Source: Methylococcales bacterium (lineage in GTDB: Bacteria; Pseudomonadota; Gammaproteobacteria; Methylococcales; JAZGGE01). From it: a stretch of 59,156 nt of DNA. The stretch covers positions 1-59,156 of the forward strand of contig JAZGGE010000155.1 in NCBI GenBank assembly GCA_036480195.1. Direction: 5' to 3'. The notes beneath the pieces were generated by a model. That model ran no database searches. It had not been told where the DNA came from and saw only the letters and a program-made list of their open reading frames with translations. Positions 1 through 10,354 of the stretch are shown here, one piece after another. A program made the position numbers and the translations under genes. The first letter of the stretch is position 1, and every line of letters starts with the position of its first letter.

Positions 1-287
1 TTATTGTAAAATCAGCAGAATGTTTTTCTTTATTTATACTTAAGTTATTCATTTCCTTGTCTAATTTAATAGATAATGGAATTATTGACCTGGGCATCAG
101 GCCCGTACAGGAATTAGTAACAAAATACCAAGTGCTGAAAGAATCAACTACTATTATTGTAATCAAAATATCTTCCCAGAATCTTGAATATTCCTGCGTC
201 AAGGGTTATTAATGGATTTAGTGTTAGTTAAGAGCTTTTTTACAGAATTGCTTTTGATAATGAAAGAGCCTGGTGGTATATTTACCT

Positions 288-301
288 TCACGTTAACGTG
301 A
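288..301. promoter_or_regulatory. Perfect 14-bp palindrome TCACGT-TA-ACGTGA (candidate LiuR-type operator)
   Basis: Read directly. Lies in the 600-bp non-coding stretch upstream of the acetoacetyl-CoA synthetase gene and shares the ACGT-N2-ACGT layout with the sites at 20529, 32804 and 41245. Confidence 0.4.
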
Positions 302-654
302 TTTATGTAATATAATTAGGAATCAAGATCAGACATAAATGATAGCTTTCTTACCTTAACCGACATAGCAGATCGTTTTTGCTTTTTTCAGTATGAAATA
401 TATTTCATTTAAAGCCTTCCAAATCTGGAAAGCTATAAGAATAAGGAAAGATAATGAACATATTGACGAGTTGATCAATGATATTCTGATATTCGTCAGA
501 ACACTCACAACTCTATCTAAGTATCCTCACAAAATTATTTTCATGATGTATTGGCTAATACTATCCCCGGTAAAATCCGACTAGTAAAGTTGCGCAAAGA
601 ACAAATCCTAATAAACTAAGTTTGACAATAACTGACCAACCTAAGAAAAATTCA

Positions 655-2601
655 ATGACTAAAATACTTTGGGAACCTTCGCAGGAGCGAATTGAAAAAT
701 CACAAGTCTGGGAATTTACACAACAGATAAATCAGCGTTACGATCTGAAGCTGGCCAACTACAATAATCTCTACCGATGGTCTATCAATAATATTGAAAT
801 ATTCTGGGAAAATATTTGGGACTTTGGTGAGGTTATTTACTCATCACCCTACAGCGAAGTAGTCGATGACATTCATAAAATGCCCGATGCAAAATGGTTT
901 AGTGGAGCTAAGCTAAACTTTGCGGAAAACTTATTACGCTACGTCGATGACAAAATAGCCATACATTTTCGTGGCGAAGATCAAATAAAATCAGCATACA
1001 CATATGCTGAACTCTCCAACGAAGTTGCAAAACTTGCTTATAGCTTGAGAAAACTTGGAGTGAGTCCGGGTGACCGGGTGGTTGCATTTATGCCAAATAT
1101 TCCTGAAACGGTGATCGGCATGCTGGCGACTAGTAGTATCGGTGCGATCTGGTCATCAACCTCGCCAGACTTCGGTATCAAGGGCGTTCTTGATCGCTTT
1201 AAACAGATCGCCCCTAAAGTCGTCATTGCTGCCGATGGCTATCTCTATTCCGGAAAATATTTCAGTACTCTGGACAAGCTGGCTTCGATCACGGATCAAC
1301 TTCCATCAGTCGAGAAAGTGATCGTTGCTCAATACGTCGAAAAACCTAATCTTGGCAAAATTAAAAATAGTATTTTCTGGGATGATTTTTTGCCTGACCA
1401 CATACCAGCACTCGTGTTTGAACAACTCCCTTTTGATCACCCGCTTTATATCATGTATTCATCTGGAACAACCGGACTACCCAAAAGCATCGTCCATGGT
1501 GCCGGTGGCGTACTACTACAACACCTGAAAGAACATAAATTGCATGTTGACATGACGCGTGACAAAACGCTCTTTTACTTCACCACCTGTGGCTGGATGA
1601 TGTGGAACTGGCTGGTATCTGGTCTGGCGACAGGAGGAACTCTGATCCTGTTTGATGGTAATCCAATCAAACCTGATCCAGAGATTTTGTTGAAAATGGC
1701 AGAGGAGTTGAAAATCAATGTATTTGGGACTAGCGCAAAATACATTGATACTTTAGATAGCATGGGTGTGAAGCCATCAGAAGTTTCAGACTTTCCTGCA
1801 ATGGAAACCATCCTCTCAACCGGCTCTCCCCTACTGGAACAGAGCTATGATTTTGTTTACCGAGACTGGAAACAAGATGTCCTGCTGGCATCCATCTCCG
1901 GCGGTACTGATATTGTTTCCTGCTTTGTCGGTGGTAATCCGTGGCTGCCAGTCAAACGGGGTGAATTACAATGCCGCATGCTCGGCATGAAAGTAGAAGC
2001 ATTTAACGATGAAGGCCAGTCCGTGATCAATGAAAAAGGCGAACTTGTCTGCACCGCAGCCTTCCCCGTCATGCCGGTGAGTTTCTGGAATGATCCAGAC
2101 GGCAAGATTTATCATGATGCCTATTTCGCGGTCTATCCTAATATCTGGTGTCATGGTGATTATGTGGATATCAACGGTGATGGTGGCGTACGATTTTTTG
2201 GACGCTCAGATGCCACCTTGAATCCGGGCGGTGTCCGGATCGGTACTGCCGATATCTATCGAGTGGTTGAAGCATTCCCCGAAGTCGATGACTCAGTTGC
2301 TGTTGGACAGAATTGGGAAGGTGATGAGCGATTGATACTATTCGTAAAACTACCCGACGATAAAATATTGGATGATGATCTGGCCAAACGGATCAAGACA
2401 GAAATTCGTGATAAGTGTAGCCCACGTCATGTACCATCGGTAATGATTCAGACGCCGGATATTCCCTATACTTTGAACGGAAAAAAAGTTGAAGTAGCGA
2501 TCAAAAAACTCATTCATGGGGAAGAAGTCAAAAACAAAGATGCTTTGGCTAATCCCCAATCACTTGAGTTTTATGCTGATCTGAAAGAACTTAACTCATG
2601 A
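655..2601 (+). CDS. Acetoacetyl-CoA synthetase (AMP-forming acetoacetate-CoA ligase)
   Basis: The ORF 622..2601 opens with TTG. The first ATG at 655 gives MTKILWEPSQERI, an N-terminus and length (~650 aa) typical of acetoacetyl-CoA synthetases. AMP-binding motif YIMYSSGTTGLPKSIVH. Fits activation of the acetoacetate released by the HMG-CoA lyase encoded in this window. Confidence 0.85.
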   Translation: MTKILWEPSQERIEKSQVWEFTQQINQRYDLKLANYNNLYRWSINNIEIFWENIWDFGEVIYSSPYSEVVDDIHKMPDAKWFSGAKLNFAENLLRYVDDKIAIHFRGEDQIKSAYTYAELSNEVAKLAYSLRKLGVSPGDRVVAFMPNIPETVIGMLATSSIGAIWSSTSPDFGIKGVLDRFKQIAPKVVIAADGYLYSGKYFSTLDKLASITDQLPSVEKVIVAQYVEKPNLGKIKNSIFWDDFLPDHIPALVFEQLPFDHPLYIMYSSGTTGLPKSIVHGAGGVLLQHLKEHKLHVDMTRDKTLFYFTTCGWMMWNWLVSGLATGGTLILFDGNPIKPDPEILLKMAEELKINVFGTSAKYIDTLDSMGVKPSEVSDFPAMETILSTGSPLLEQSYDFVYRDWKQDVLLASISGGTDIVSCFVGGNPWLPVKRGELQCRMLGMKVEAFNDEGQSVINEKGELVCTAAFPVMPVSFWNDPDGKIYHDAYFAVYPNIWCHGDYVDINGDGGVRFFGRSDATLNPGGVRIGTADIYRVVEAFPEVDDSVAVGQNWEGDERLILFVKLPDDKILDDDLAKRIKTEIRDKCSPRHVPSVMIQTPDIPYTLNGKKVEVAIKKLIHGEEVKNKDALANPQSLEFYADLKELNS

Positions 2602-2603
2602 TC

Positions 2604-3467
2604 CTAAGAAAAATATTCTGAAATAACCTCACGATGAAACCCATCATATGGCGTAGAGTTTTGACTCGGTTGCAACGGATAAATTGCCGTGTTCCCCTGA
2701 GAAGCTGCGCCATCAATTCTGATGGTAGTGCCACTGATAAAACTTGCAGATTCACACAAAAGAAAACTGATCGCGGCACTAACTTCTGCTTCATTTCCTA
2801 GCCGCCCTAGTGGAACCGCTGCTGGCAAAGTTTTTAAAACTTTTTTGAAATTTTCAGGATAAGTGTCCATTCCACTTGAAGCAATCCAGCCCGGGGCAAC
2901 CGCATTGACGCGCACTCCCGCATGTCCCCATTCATAAGCAGCCGTTTGTGTGAAGTTGACCATACCTGCCCTTGCTGCACCGGAGTGTCCCATCCCTGGC
3001 ATACCACCCCACATATCAGCAACAATGTTGACAATAGATCCGCCATGCTTAGACATTGACTGGTTAAAGACTTCACGAGCCATTAAAAAACCGCCGGTCA
3101 AATTCGTGCTGACAACCGCATCCCAGCCATTTTTACTGATCGACGCGAGTGGTGAAGGAAATTGTCCCCCAGCATTATTAACGAGACCATGAATGACACC
3201 ATGTTTCGTAACCATCGCTTCCACCAGTTCTTTGACCGAGACTTCATCACGAATATCACAAGTCGCCAGATCACTGATGCCACCATCTTCGGCTATCTCG
3301 GTGTTAACCGTTTGAAGTTTGTTTTCATCTCGCCCGATCAACAAAACATTAGCGCCTAAAGAAGCCAACTCATGTGCTGTGCAGCGACCAATGCCACTAC
3401 CGCCACCAGTGACGATAATATTTTTCTCTTTAAAAAGATCAGCGCGTAAAGTAGATCGATATTCCAT
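2604..3467 (-). CDS. SDR-family oxidoreductase (enoyl/dienoyl-CoA reductase-like)
   Basis: 287 aa. Rossmann motif IIVTGGGSGIGR near the N-terminus, NNAG motif, SDR length. Downstream of the crotonase on the same strand. Confidence 0.8.
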   Translation of the reverse strand: MEYRSTLRADLFKEKNIIVTGGGSGIGRCTAHELASLGANVLLIGRDENKLQTVNTEIAEDGGISDLATCDIRDEVSVKELVEAMVTKHGVIHGLVNNAGGQFPSPLASISKNGWDAVVSTNLTGGFLMAREVFNQSMSKHGGSIVNIVADMWGGMPGMGHSGAARAGMVNFTQTAAYEWGHAGVRVNAVAPGWIASSGMDTYPENFKKVLKTLPAAVPLGRLGNEAEVSAAISFLLCESASFISGTTIRIDGAASQGNTAIYPLQPSQNSTPYDGFHREVISEYFS

Positions 3468-3507
3468 AATTATAGTTTCCTGAAATCAAATAGTTAATAA
3501 ACTTCAA

Positions 3508-4272
3508 TCACGATTTAGTTTTATTCAAAAACTCTTTCATTAGTCTTTTCGCATCCGCACTGTCAAAAAGTGGGAAAAATGTTTCTTGCTCGAATTGCAG
3601 CCCCTCTTCCAAAGTAGACATCATTGCTTTATTAACACAATTCTTCCCGGCATGAACCGCCGTGGTTGATCTTTCAGCAATCTCTTTCGCCAGGTCTATC
3701 GCTTCTTTTTCAAACTGATCAGGTTCAACAACTCGGCTAACAATCCCTCTTTGCAAGGCTTCATCGGCAAACAAAGATCGCGCATTTAAAACCATTTCCA
3801 TCGCCAGTGATTTGCCAACTATTTTTGTCAGTCGCTGCGTTCCACCTGCGCCAGGGATCACACCAAGCGTCACTTCCGGCAAACTGAATCGAGCACCTTC
3901 TGCTGCCAGTAAAATATCGCATTGAAGTGCAAGTTCAAATCCGCCGCCCAGTGCCATACCTGAGACAGCACAAATTGTCGGTTTGCTAAAAACCGGAATA
4001 GCAGACCAGCCTGCAGACTCTTTGAACATTTCTGCCAATTCCTCACTACCTTTTCCACACATTTCTGCAATATCAGCACCCGCAGCAAAAGCCTTTTCAG
4101 AACCGGTAATGATCACTGCACCAACATCATCATCCTACTCGAATACAAGCAATGCTTGAGAAAGCTCACTTAATAATTGGCTGTTTAATGCGTTGTACTG
4201 ACGTGGACGGTTAAGCCTGATCAGGCCAACACCTTGTGCCGGATTCTCAATCAAAATCATTTCATAGTTCAT
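3508..4272 (-). pseudogene. Enoyl-CoA hydratase (crotonase family) interrupted by an in-frame TAG
   Basis: My reverse-strand translation from ATG 4272 gives [70 protein letters not shown]. The stop is TAG at 4135..4137, in the same frame as the listed ORF 3508..4116, which opens with GTG (Val in the full-length reading). Without the stop the product is a normal ~254-aa crotonase. Confidence 0.75.
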
Positions 4273-4437
4273 TATTTATAATCCTTATCTACTAATGGAA
4301 ACGATCAACTTCTTATCCATTTTTTAAAACTTATATAATTCTAACATTGATAATTTACTAGCTTATAAAATGATATAATTATTGCCCTGAGATCATCTGA
4401 TATTCTGTTTTGCAACTTAAACTTTTCGAGATTAAAA

Positions 4438-5103
4438 ATGAATGTGACTGAAGCTATCAAAAACCGAATTTCCACACGGGCGTATCTTGATAAACCGATA
4501 TCAAAAGAGACCATCAAAGAGATCCTCGATACAGCTCGCTGGAGTCCGTCAGGTACGAATACCCAGCCATGGAAAGTGGCCATCGTACAAGGAGACACTA
4601 AACAGGTGATCAGTAATGCACTTCTTGAAATGGCGAAAAATGGCATCGAACCAAGCCCCGACTATGATTACTATCCAGCAGAATGGGTTGAACCATTTAA
4701 GAGCCGACGTTTTGAATGTGGAATGGCGCTTTATAAAGCTCTGGAAATTGGTCGGGAAGACAAACAAAAAAGAATCGAAGCAGGATTAGCTAATTTTCGT
4801 TTCTTCGATGCACCAGTTAGTTTGTTTTTCTTCATTAATAAAGCGATGGGCAAAGGTTCATGGTTTGATATGGGGATGTTTTTACAAAGCGTAATGCTGG
4901 CAGCAGAAGATCACGACCTGGGCAGTTGTCCTCAGGCATCTACAGCAGACTACCCTGATTTAGTAAGAGAAATACTAAATATCCCTGATCAGTATTCTCT
5001 GATCTGTGGTCTATCTCTAGGTTATCCTGATGAGGAAAAACCCGTCAACCAATATCGTACAAATCGCGAAGAAGTTGATAGTTTTACTACATGGTTTGAT
5101 TAG
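4438..5103 (+). CDS. Nitroreductase-family protein
   Basis: 221 aa. N-terminal AIKNRISTRAY...ARWSPSGTNTQPW pattern typical of the NAD(P)H nitroreductase fold. Confidence 0.8.
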   Translation: MNVTEAIKNRISTRAYLDKPISKETIKEILDTARWSPSGTNTQPWKVAIVQGDTKQVISNALLEMAKNGIEPSPDYDYYPAEWVEPFKSRRFECGMALYKALEIGREDKQKRIEAGLANFRFFDAPVSLFFFINKAMGKGSWFDMGMFLQSVMLAAEDHDLGSCPQASTADYPDLVREILNIPDQYSLICGLSLGYPDEEKPVNQYRTNREEVDSFTTWFD

Positions 5104-5124
5104 AGAGAATACAAAAATCGATTA

Positions 5125-5973
5125 TTATTTCAACTCTTCTAGCGGAATATCATGTTCTTCAGCCCAACTTACCCATTCGGATGAAGTACGTTCTTTAATT
5201 TTTTCAGTCAATGTGTCTTTAAACAACTCATTCATACCAAGGTTTTCCAGCAATCTTTTTCGAAAATGTGGCTCTAATGCAGCAATTGCAATCCAGCCTG
5301 TCTTTGTTTCATAGATCGAATACTCAGGAAGCTCACCGCTCAAAATACCTTTGTTTGCGGTCAGTCCATATTTCAATGGCTGTGCCATATATTCAACTGC
5401 ATCCGATAAGGCGACCTGACGGTACATCCCACTCTGTCCATCCTTGTAGGCCATCAACAACTCTATAGCCTGAAGAGCGGCCTGCTCGCCCCCCATCATA
5501 TCCGCAATCAATGTCTTCGGAAGATGTGGAGGATCAATCAACCCGAGTGCCGCCTGATAAGTTAAGTCATGACCAGCGTGATCTTCCTTTGGGGTAGGAT
5601 AGCCAACAATCGCAATGTGATTTAATTCTGGATAGCGATCATGTAATGACTTCCAATCTAGCCCTAACCGTTCCAACGCCCCGGGGCGTTGAGCTGTCAA
5701 GAAAAGAGCCGATTTGGACATGAGGGCTGCAAGTGTCTTTTGTCCTTGTTCCGATTTAAGATTGATAGTTAAAACTTGTTGCCCAGCATTCATTTCCTGA
5801 TACCATTTTGGGGCATATTGTTCCAGCGGATCACCTTCAGGTGGTTCAATTTTAATGACCGTGGCACCCAAATCTACCAGCCTTTTTGAAGTAAGCGGAC
5901 CGGGTAAATTCAGACCAAGTGTTACAACCTGGATATTCGTTAATGGTTTGTAACTATGCGTTTCAATTGCCAT
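5125..5973 (-). CDS. CoA-transferase family III (CaiB/BaiF-like), short form
   Basis: 282 aa. N-terminal VVTLGLNLPGPLTSKRLVDLGATVIKIEPPEGDP matches the family III signature region. Shorter than the usual ~400 aa. Confidence 0.7.
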   Translation of the reverse strand: MAIETHSYKPLTNIQVVTLGLNLPGPLTSKRLVDLGATVIKIEPPEGDPLEQYAPKWYQEMNAGQQVLTINLKSEQGQKTLAALMSKSALFLTAQRPGALERLGLDWKSLHDRYPELNHIAIVGYPTPKEDHAGHDLTYQAALGLIDPPHLPKTLIADMMGGEQAALQAIELLMAYKDGQSGMYRQVALSDAVEYMAQPLKYGLTANKGILSGELPEYSIYETKTGWIAIAALEPHFRKRLLENLGMNELFKDTLTEKIKERTSSEWVSWAEEHDIPLEELK

Positions 5974-5992
5974 AATAAAACTCTTAATAGAT

Positions 5993-6781
5993 CTACTTTT
6001 TAATTCGATTATAAAAACCCTTCAATGCTTCTTCGTGAGCAGGTGCCTGGTGTAACATCGCCTGATTGGCAGAACAAAGATTGAGATGATCTTCATAACT
6101 CAATGTGTCGGTTGATTTTATCAAACGTTTTGCAATGACTAGAGTATCACGAGGTTTACTAGCAATAATGTTCGCCAGATCAAGGGCTGCATCTATCAAT
6201 TCTTCATGTTTAACCACACTGAGTAACAACCCCATTTCCAATGCTTCTTGTGCATCGATAGTCCTTCCCGTTAAGACCAGTTCTACCGCACGCTGTGCCC
6301 CCAGTGCTTTGCGTAATAGCCATGTACCACCATCCCCGGCTATTAAACCTAGATTGATAAAAGAAGAACTGAAGGTTGCACGTTCGGAACCGATCCGTAA
6401 ATCGCATAACAATGTTAGATCAAAACCGGCACCGATTGCTGCCCCATTCACTGCAGCAATCACCGGAATTTCTAACGAATAGAGTAATTTTGTCAGACTG
6501 TGAATTCCATTGCGATAATTACGTTGCAATTCAAGTGGATCACCGGCGAACATTTTTGTTCGGTTGATCATATCCTTGATGTTACCACCGGATGAAAAAC
6601 CTTTGCCCTCACCCGTCAATATACAAACAGAGATCTCCTGATCATGCTGGATCAGATCAAAAACATCTTTTACTTCTTCGAGAAGAACCGGATCAGTAAT
6701 GGCATTTCGTGTATCCGGATCATTCAGTGTAACTATCGCAACCTTATTTTGCCTGCTTAATTTAACGGTTTTATAAGTCAT
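5993..6781 (-). CDS. Enoyl-CoA hydratase/isomerase family protein
   Basis: 262 aa. Crotonase oxyanion-hole region GEGKGFSSGGNI and AAVNGAAIGAGFDL. Confidence 0.85.
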   Translation of the reverse strand: MTYKTVKLSRQNKVAIVTLNDPDTRNAITDPVLLEEVKDVFDLIQHDQEISVCILTGEGKGFSSGGNIKDMINRTKMFAGDPLELQRNYRNGIHSLTKLLYSLEIPVIAAVNGAAIGAGFDLTLLCDLRIGSERATFSSSFINLGLIAGDGGTWLLRKALGAQRAVELVLTGRTIDAQEALEMGLLLSVVKHEELIDAALDLANIIASKPRDTLVIAKRLIKSTDTLSYEDHLNLCSANQAMLHQAPAHEEALKGFYNRIKK

Positions 6782-6810
6782 ATTTTTCAGTCTCGTTTAA
6801 GCAAGATAGG

Positions 6811-8142
6811 TTACCAATATTTTCGAGAAACTATCTGGTTCTCACGTGCTTGTTGCATTAACATTTCATGGTCATCGGGATGCGCTATGCTTATCAACGC
6901 CAGCGCCCTTTCAGAAGTATTTTTGCCTTTCAGATTAACAACACCATATTCAGTGACAACATACATTACGTCTGTTCGTGGAGTGGTAACGACAGATCCA
7001 GGATTAATACCCGGCACAATTCTGGAGTGGAAATTTCCTTCTTTATCCTTATACTGTGATGACAAACACATAAAGGATTTCCCTCCTTTAGATGCAACAG
7101 CACCTCTGACAAATTGTAGCTGCCCTCCGGTACCTGTAATTTGTCGATAACCCTGGCTTTCTGAAGAAACCTGCCCAGTCAGATCAATTTGCATACAATT
7201 ATTAATAGACACAACCTTGTCATTCTGAGCTATGAATTGTGGAAGGTTTGTTTCATTAACAGGTAAAGTTAAACACCCCTGATTGTTATCAAGGAAATCA
7301 TACATTTTCTTTGAGCCCATGGCGAAAGTGTAAGTTATTTCGCCAGGGTATGTTTGTTTAAACCGACCCGTTATTTTACCTGCATCTACAAGATCAAGCA
7401 TCGCATCAACAAACATTTCTGTGTGGATACCCAGATCTTCTACATCCGAACTGGCCAATGCTGAACAGACTGCGTTGGGCATGCCTCCTATTCCTATTTG
7501 TATACAACTACCGCTCTCAATCATTGGGACAATGAATTCAGCAACCTTGCGATCAACCTCAGTGATAGAAGCACGGGGAAACTCGAACATCGGCAAATTA
7601 TTACCTTCAATAACGGCTTCGACTTCAGATATATGGACACAGGCCTGACTACCACGGCAAACTGGCATTTCAGTCGACGTTTCTACGACTATTTTTTTTG
7701 CAACATCACAACAGGCACGAGCAAATGTACTTGATACACCAAAGTTAAAATAGCCACCTTCATCCATTGTTGTCGTTTTAAGAACGACCATATCAACTTC
7801 GAGATATTTTCGATAAATCTCTGGCCCTTCGCCAAAGTTAAATGGAATATAACTGACTAAACCTTCATCGGCTTTCTTTCGATCATAACCAGATAAATGC
7901 CAGCCCTGGAAAGTAAAATGTTTTTGTTCAGGATCACATTCGATAACCTGGCGAGGTGAAATAGTAATTGTTCCGCAAACTGAAACATCGCTAAGCCTGT
8001 CTTTTTGTGTCGCCAGAGCTTCATCAAACAAATCAGGCTGAGTCAGTCCAAAACCATAGTCGACACGATCACCACTTTTTACCAGACTCGCCACTTCATT
8101 TGCGGTTTTTATTTTTTGTTTCAGCAATTTTTGAACAGTCAT
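6811..8142 (-). CDS. Acetyl-CoA hydrolase/transferase family protein (4-hydroxybutyrate CoA-transferase-like)
   Basis: Motifs GIGGMPNAV and GTGGQLQFVRGA. I prefer the ATG at 8142 (MTVQKLLKQK), which is preceded by GAGGAAG, over the ORF-track start at 8193. Confidence 0.8.
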   Translation of the reverse strand: MTVQKLLKQKIKTANEVASLVKSGDRVDYGFGLTQPDLFDEALATQKDRLSDVSVCGTITISPRQVIECDPEQKHFTFQGWHLSGYDRKKADEGLVSYIPFNFGEGPEIYRKYLEVDMVVLKTTTMDEGGYFNFGVSSTFARACCDVAKKIVVETSTEMPVCRGSQACVHISEVEAVIEGNNLPMFEFPRASITEVDRKVAEFIVPMIESGSCIQIGIGGMPNAVCSALASSDVEDLGIHTEMFVDAMLDLVDAGKITGRFKQTYPGEITYTFAMGSKKMYDFLDNNQGCLTLPVNETNLPQFIAQNDKVVSINNCMQIDLTGQVSSESQGYRQITGTGGQLQFVRGAVASKGGKSFMCLSSQYKDKEGNFHSRIVPGINPGSVVTTPRTDVMYVVTEYGVVNLKGKNTSERALALISIAHPDDHEMLMQQARENQIVSRKYW

Positions 8143-8348
8143 AGCTTCCTCGTTTATAAATTCAATAAATATAAAATCATATAATTGAGACATGGATTAA
8201 CATTTCAGCTGATTAGAGCTATGAGTGACAACAACCTAAGCCTTTACGCTACAAATCACTTCAATGCCGATTTTATTAAACTTAATATTTGTGAATAACC
8301 ATTTAGATCAAAATTTCTATCTATCTGAAGAATAAATATGATTTCTAG

Positions 8349-9500
8349 TTAAACAACCTGCCTTTTAGAAATCTCTTCAAGCATCACCTCAGTCGCACCA
8401 CCACCGATGGACTGGATGCGTGCATCGCGATACATTCGCTCAATAACGCTTTCCCGGATATATCCAAAACCACCATGGAACTGAAGACAATCGTACATCA
8501 CCTGATTGACCAGCTCTCCACAATAGGCTTTAACCATCGACACTTCTTTAATACAATCCTGTCCCTGCGCATCAAGCCAGGCTGCGTGATATACAAGCTG
8601 TCTACCGGCCTCAACACGTGCCGCCATTTTGGCTAAACGTTGACGAATTGCCTGCTTGTCAAATAAAACTCCACCGAAGGCTTTGCGTGTTGTCACATAA
8701 TCCAATGTTATTTCAATAGCCTTGCTCGCTTCGCCCATCGCCTGTGCTCCCAATACGAGTCTTTCATTCTGGAAGTTACGCATGATCGAATAAAACCCTT
8801 TGTTTTCTTCTCCGATCAGGTTTTCTGCTGGAACACGACAGTCTTCAAAAACCAGCTCGGCTGTATCCGACGACAACCAGCCCATTTTTTCAAGTTTCTT
8901 GCTGACAGAAAAACCTGGTGTACCTTTTTCAACAGCAAAAATTGAGATGCTGCGAGATGCTTTTGCGTCAGGATCTGTCCTTGCAGCCACAAAAAACAGA
9001 TCGCCATAAACACCATTAGTGATAAACATTTTTGCGCCGTTTAAAATATAATGATCACCATCTCGAACGGCTTTCGTACGCATCGCTGCAACATCTGATC
9101 CGGCATCTGGTTCAGTCACTGCCACAGCAGCGATTTTCTTTCCGGCAATAATATCCGGCATATACCTGGCCAATTGTTCTTTGCTACCAAAGTTATCCAA
9201 GTGTGGCGATGCCATATCAGTATGTACCAGGATTGTTATCGCAAAACCGCCAAAAGTAGAGCGCCCCAGTTCTTCAGCTAGAATAACCGAACCCAAAGCA
9301 TCCATTTCACTTCCACCAAATTCCTCTGCATAGCGGATCCCAAGAAGCCCCAACTCTCCCATCTCTTGCAGAACTTCCCGGGGAATCATGCCAGTTTCTT
9401 CCCATTTCTCAGCAACTGGCATAATCTTCTCTTCAATATAACGCCTGATCTGATCACGCAACATATTATGTTCTTCTTGAAAATAGATTGAATTCATCAT
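8349..9500 (-). CDS. Acyl-CoA dehydrogenase
   Basis: 383 aa. Typical ACAD blocks (AVTEPDAGSDV, FITNG, GGFGY...RDARI..IGGGATEV). Confidence 0.9.
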   Translation of the reverse strand: MMNSIYFQEEHNMLRDQIRRYIEEKIMPVAEKWEETGMIPREVLQEMGELGLLGIRYAEEFGGSEMDALGSVILAEELGRSTFGGFAITILVHTDMASPHLDNFGSKEQLARYMPDIIAGKKIAAVAVTEPDAGSDVAAMRTKAVRDGDHYILNGAKMFITNGVYGDLFFVAARTDPDAKASRSISIFAVEKGTPGFSVSKKLEKMGWLSSDTAELVFEDCRVPAENLIGEENKGFYSIMRNFQNERLVLGAQAMGEASKAIEITLDYVTTRKAFGGVLFDKQAIRQRLAKMAARVEAGRQLVYHAAWLDAQGQDCIKEVSMVKAYCGELVNQVMYDCLQFHGGFGYIRESVIERMYRDARIQSIGGGATEVMLEEISKRQVV

Positions 9501-9539
9501 TTTATTTGTTCACCTCAATAATATATTTTTGACTTAATA

Positions 9540-10328
9540 CTATTTATTCCATTCTGCTTTGCGCTTATTCAGAAAGGCATCTATGCCTTCCTTTCCTTCT
9601 GCAGCATCCCAGGCATCGGCAAGTGCATTGGCTGTATAGCTACGGTTTTCTGTATCATTATGGCTATCCACATACTTGATCAGCTTCTTCGTAGCTGCAA
9701 TTGCCCCCGGCGCGCATTTCAAAATCAGTTTTATTTCCTGATCAATTATTTCGTCCAGTTTTTCTACTTCAACAACCCTGGTTAGAAGCCCCATTTGTTG
9801 AGCTTCCTGTGCATTAAAAATACGCGCATTAAAAAAATTCCGCCTCGCATTCGTGGCGCCGATCCGCCTCACTACATAGGGAGAAATCGTAGCAGGGGTT
9901 AGTCCCAGTTTTACTTCTGTTAAACCAAAATTAGTACCCTCAACACCGATCAATATATCGCAGACAGACATCATTCCAATTCCACCTCCATAAGCAGATC
10001 CCTGGATCCGGCCTATTAATGGTTTACTTAAACTATCCAGTGCCGCCAACATGTTTGCTAATTCACCTGTTTCTTCAACTCGTTGAGTGCGTGTTTTATT
10101 GATATTACTTTTCATCCAGTTGAGATCACCCCCCGCACAAAAAGTCTCTCCTGCTCCAGTCAGAATGACTACACGGGTTTCTGCAGAATCTTCGATCACT
10201 TTAAGCGCATCCTGCATTTCAGCTATAAACATCGCATTCATCGCGTTATGGACTTCAACACGGTTTAACGTAAGACGTGTGACACCATCACCATCGATGT
10301 CCAGTAATATTGTTTCGTAATTATTCAT
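9540..10328 (-). CDS. Enoyl-CoA hydratase, methylglutaconyl-CoA hydratase-like (candidate LiuC)
   Basis: 262 aa crotonase with FCAGGDLNWMK, a block I associate with LiuC/AtuE-type hydratases. It sits divergent from the liu operon, which lacks an in-line liuC. Confidence 0.7.
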   Translation of the reverse strand: MNNYETILLDIDGDGVTRLTLNRVEVHNAMNAMFIAEMQDALKVIEDSAETRVVILTGAGETFCAGGDLNWMKSNINKTRTQRVEETGELANMLAALDSLSKPLIGRIQGSAYGGGIGMMSVCDILIGVEGTNFGLTEVKLGLTPATISPYVVRRIGATNARRNFFNARIFNAQEAQQMGLLTRVVEVEKLDEIIDQEIKLILKCAPGAIAATKKLIKYVDSHNDTENRSYTANALADAWDAAEGKEGIDAFLNKRKAEWNK

Positions 10329-10354
10329 TTTATTAACTCACTTTTTTCGATAAT

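Noticed and set aside
1-52. Possible minus-strand gene start (ATG at 52..50, MNNLSINKEKHSADFTI…) running off the left edge
   Set aside because: Only 17 codons are visible, and the AAGGAA motif sits too close to the ATG. It cannot be supported or assigned from this window.
393-584. 63-aa plus-strand ORF in the leader of the acetoacetyl-CoA synthetase gene
   Set aside because: No ribosome-binding site, and the ATG lies inside an AT palindrome. The composition is Ile/Lys/Phe-rich, typical of translated AT-rich spacer, and I recognise no family.
4135-4137. The in-frame TAG in the crotonase as programmed recoding (pyrrolysine or read-through)
   Set aside because: No pyl genes or recoding context are visible. 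The position is a variable surface residue in crotonases, and a single-base nonsense change or a sequencing error is far more economical.
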